DNA from: Sphyrna mokarran
Taxonomy: Eukaryota
DNA: 64,000 nucleotides
Direction of reading: 5' to 3'
Assembly (NCBI GenBank): GCA_024679065.1
Contig: JAGIQG010000005.1
Span: 107,198,001-107,262,000, forward strand
Shown: in pieces, positions 61,185-64,000 of the stretch
Numbering within the stretch: position 1 is the first letter of the stretch
Layout of the letters: each line of letters begins with the position of its first letter
Position numbers and translations under genes: made by a program
Notes under the pieces: generated by a model
Databases searched by the model: none
Seen by the model: the letters and a program-made list of their open reading frames with translations, nothing else
Told to the model about the DNA's origin: nothing

Positions 61185-61610
61185 CTAGGTTACAAGGTTC
61201 TGGCTTAAAGTCCCGCTTTAAGACTCATGTACACAAAGCTGATCATTCAGTGTCTGACTAAGTGAGGATGGCACTGTCCAAGGTGCTGCTTTTGAATTTG
61301 ATATTAAACCAATCTGCTTGCTGGGCTGGATGTGTCAAAAAAAAACACTCCTTGGCACTATTTTGAAGAAGAGAAAGGAATTAGCTGTGGTGTCCTGGAT
61401 AATATCTCAATCCATTTCACATACAAAAAGAAATGAGATAATCTGGTCTTTATCACAATGTTATTTGGGTGAATTTGTCTATGTGCATATTGGCTGCAGC
61501 ATTTCCTACTTTACAACAACTTCAAAAAAGCACTTCATTGGCTTTAAAGCACTCTGAAACATATTGGGATCATGAAAAGTGCTATAAAAATAAAAGTCTT
61601 TGTTTCTTTG
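61185..61610 (+). mobile_element. Deu-domain SINE (SacSINE1/AmnSINE1-related), old
   Basis: GGCACTATTTTGAAGAAGAG...GGTGTCCTGG...ATCTGGTC.TTATCACA...TTGGCTGC.GCATTTCCTAC..TACAACA...CTTCATTGGCT.TAAAGC; a 3' fragment also lies at ~43545-43685. Confidence 0.75.
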
Positions 61611-61804
61611 CCAAGTTCCACTCTTAAATATGGCAAGGTATACTTTTTTGAAGAAAATTGTTTTCTTTTTAAAAGAAAACCTTAAAATGTTGCCCAATTG
61701 TATTGTTCATTTCAGATTTGGTGTTCAGCAACAAGAAAAAGAGTGGAAACTCATACTGCTCGAAATGATCAAACTCAAAGACGACATTTGAAGCAAACTA
61801 CCTT

Positions 61805-63229
61805 TTATCCCAGGCTGCTTAGGGAGTTGCAAGGTGAAATTGCTGGGCTTCTGACGCAAATCTTTGTCTCTTCCTTGGACACAGGTGAGGTTCCAGAGGA
61901 CTGGAGAATAGCTAACGTTGTACCGTTGTTTAAAAAGGGTAGTAGGGATAATCCTGGAAATTATAGGTCGGTGAGTTTGACGTCAGTGGTAGGGAAGCTG
62001 TTGGAGGGGATTCTTAGAGATAGGATGTATAGGCACTTGGAGCGTTACGGGATACACAGCATGGATTTGTTAAGGGGAGGTCATGCCTTACAAATCTGGT
62101 AGAATTTTTTGAGGAGGTGACGAAAAAGGTGGATGAAGAGCGATTGATGTCGTCTATATGGATTTTAGTAAGGCATTTGACAAAGTCCCTCATGGGAGGT
62201 TATTTGAGAAGGTCAAGGCTAATGGGATACAAGGACAGGTAGCTGGATGGATAAGTAGCTGGTTTGGTAATAGGAGACAGAGAGTAATAGTGGAAGGGTG
62301 TTTTTCTAGCTGGAGGTCGGTCACTAGTGGTGTGCCACAGGGCTCGGTACTGGGACTCTTCTATTTGTAATATATATAAATGATTTGGAAGAGGGAGTAA
62401 GCAGAGTGATCAGCAAGTTTGCAGACGATACAAAGATGGCTGGACTTGCAGATAGTGAGGACCATTGTCAGGTGATGCAGCAGGACATGGATAGGCTGGT
62501 AGCTTGGGCAGACAGATGGCAGATGGAATTCAATCCTGATAAATGTGAGGTGATGCATTTCGGGAGAAAGAATGTAGTGGGGAGGTATATGATAAAGGGT
62601 AGACCTATTAAGAGTATAGAAATGCAGAGGGACCTGGGGGTGCAGGTGAACAAGTCTCTGAAGGTGGCAGAGCAAGTGGAGAAGGTTGTGAAGAAAGCAT
62701 ATAGTATGTTACCTTTATAGGAAGGGGTATAGAGTACAAGAGCTGACCTTTAATGTTGCAGTTGTATAAAACGATGGTTAGACCTCATTTGGAATACTGC
62801 GTCCAGTTCTGGTCGCCCTACTACCGGAAGGACGTGGAGACTCTGGAGAGAGTGCAGAGGAGGTTTACCAGGATGCTGCCTGGTATGGAAGGTCTGAGTT
62901 ACGAGGAGAGATTAGGCAAATTGGGACTGTTTTCCTTAGAAAGACGTAGACTTAGAGGAGATCTAATAGAGGTGTACAAGATTATGAGGGGTATAGATAG
63001 AGTAAACAGGGTGAAGCTCTTTCCTAGGATGGACTTGAATGGCATGAGGGGTCACGGGCTTAAGGTGAGGGGGGGTAAGGTATAATTTGGATGCTAGAGG
63101 GTGGGGGGGGTGGTATGGAATGCGCTGCCAAGTAAAGTGGTGGAGGCAGGTTCTCTGGAGTTATTTAAGAAATACTTAGATGGGCACATGAACAGAATGG
63201 GTATGGAGGGGTATAGAAAACTGATTTAA
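61805..63229 (+). pseudogene. Frameshifted CR1 ORF2 (RT domain)
   Basis: YPRLLRE, NYRSVSLTSVVGK, MDFSKAFD, GVPQGSVLG, FADD, RPHLEYCVQFW spread over several frames. Confidence 0.9.
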
Positions 63230-63774
63230 GATAGGGATCATGAACCTTGGGAGTCCCTGGGAAGCGTGTAAATAGATGATGATATTGATGTACTTGTTTT
63301 TATCCTACAGGTGCTTTGGACCACCTTGTTGTCTAATGAGGGGCATACATGCGATGGGTCGTGAGAGGGCTGCTCTTGGATTTTTTTTTTTGAAAATATC
63401 TTAGTGCTTCACGTCGTTAGTGTACGCTTGACCTGGACCATTTGATGGGCAACACGAGAGCTCAGTGACTATCGCTGTGCTGTGCAGATACATGGATTTG
63501 GGCCTGTGTCTGTGGGAGTTTGCGCATTCTCCCCGTGCTTGCGTGGGTTTTCTCCGGGTGCTCCGGTTTCCTCCACATCCCAAAGATGTGCTCTTAGGCT
63601 AATTGGCAAAACAAATTCTCCCTAAATTGTCTCAAATTTGGTTTTTAATCCATAGATCTATAAACATAGACAGGGATTGCGGGTAGAGGTGGGAACATCG
63701 GGGTGGCAGCGCGGGCTCGTTGGGCTGAAGGGCCTGTTTCCCGTGCTGTTTTGTTCTTTGTTCTTTGTTCTTTG
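61805..63774 (+). mobile_element. CR1 LINE with frameshifted ORF2 and an unusually long 3' UTR containing a V-SINE; (TGTTCTT)n tail; TSD TACCTT
   Basis: RT pieces in ORFs 61698-62102, 62158-62370, 62385-62720, 62753-63085; stop TAA 63227-63229; UTR 63230-63774; TACCTT at 61799-61804 and 63775-63780. Confidence 0.92.
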
Positions 63775-64000
63775 TACCTTGATGACCACCAGACATAACA
63801 TAATAAAATCCCTTGATTCCCAATATAGAAACAGCCACAAGTACAGAATGATCCATGGAAAAGTTTGAATGCAAATATTCGGTGGTGTTATACAGAAGTT
63901 CAACCCTTAGCATCTGAGATCCTGGTTTTGTGATATAAAAGTTCTCTGTTATACAGCACAGAGTACTTTTTTCTGAATAAAACTTAGTTTATAATTAAAC

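Noticed and set aside
63272-63345. C/D box snoRNA in the chimeric UTR (ATGATGA)
   Set aside because: No D box with terminal stem, and the C box is absent from the 56.8-kb copy.
56754-63774. The two ~540-bp repeats as LTRs of a 7-kb LTR retrotransposon
   Set aside because: Each has its own TSD and microsatellite tail, there are no TG..CA ends, and the intervening DNA is unrelated unique sequence and old repeats.
1-64000. The many 60-165 aa ORFs as host genes
   Set aside because: They overlap SINE/LINE sequence, are antisense or alternative frames of RT, or lack any recognisable domain; no consistent exon chain was seen. Small exons cannot be excluded by eye.

Overview
Eukaryotic, repeat-rich non-coding DNA, almost certainly from a cartilaginous fish (shark): HE1/V-SINE-type tRNA-derived SINEs, HER1/CR1-type LINEs with (TTCTATG)n tails and a Deu-domain SINE. 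No host protein-coding exon, rRNA, true tRNA or CRISPR array can be supported; the window looks like a large intron or gene desert with some AT-rich unique blocks resembling conserved non-coding elements. All long ORFs are retroelement reverse transcriptase fragments. Contents: about 8 5'-truncated copies of a very young CR1 family (one with an uninterrupted 707-aa RT ORF), many older CR1 and L2 fragments, two Rex1/Babar-type LINEs, Penelope-like remnants carrying minimal hammerhead ribozymes, a decayed PIF/Harbinger transposon, a short solo-LTR-like element, MITEs and about 13 V-SINEs with two different LINE-derived tails. The most unusual item is a CR1 LINE whose ~545-bp 3' UTR contains a decayed V-SINE (tRNA-like head plus V-domain). 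It has moved as one unit: two copies, each with its own target-site duplication, plus a 3'-end fragment. All family assignments are by eye and coordinates of old elements are approximate.
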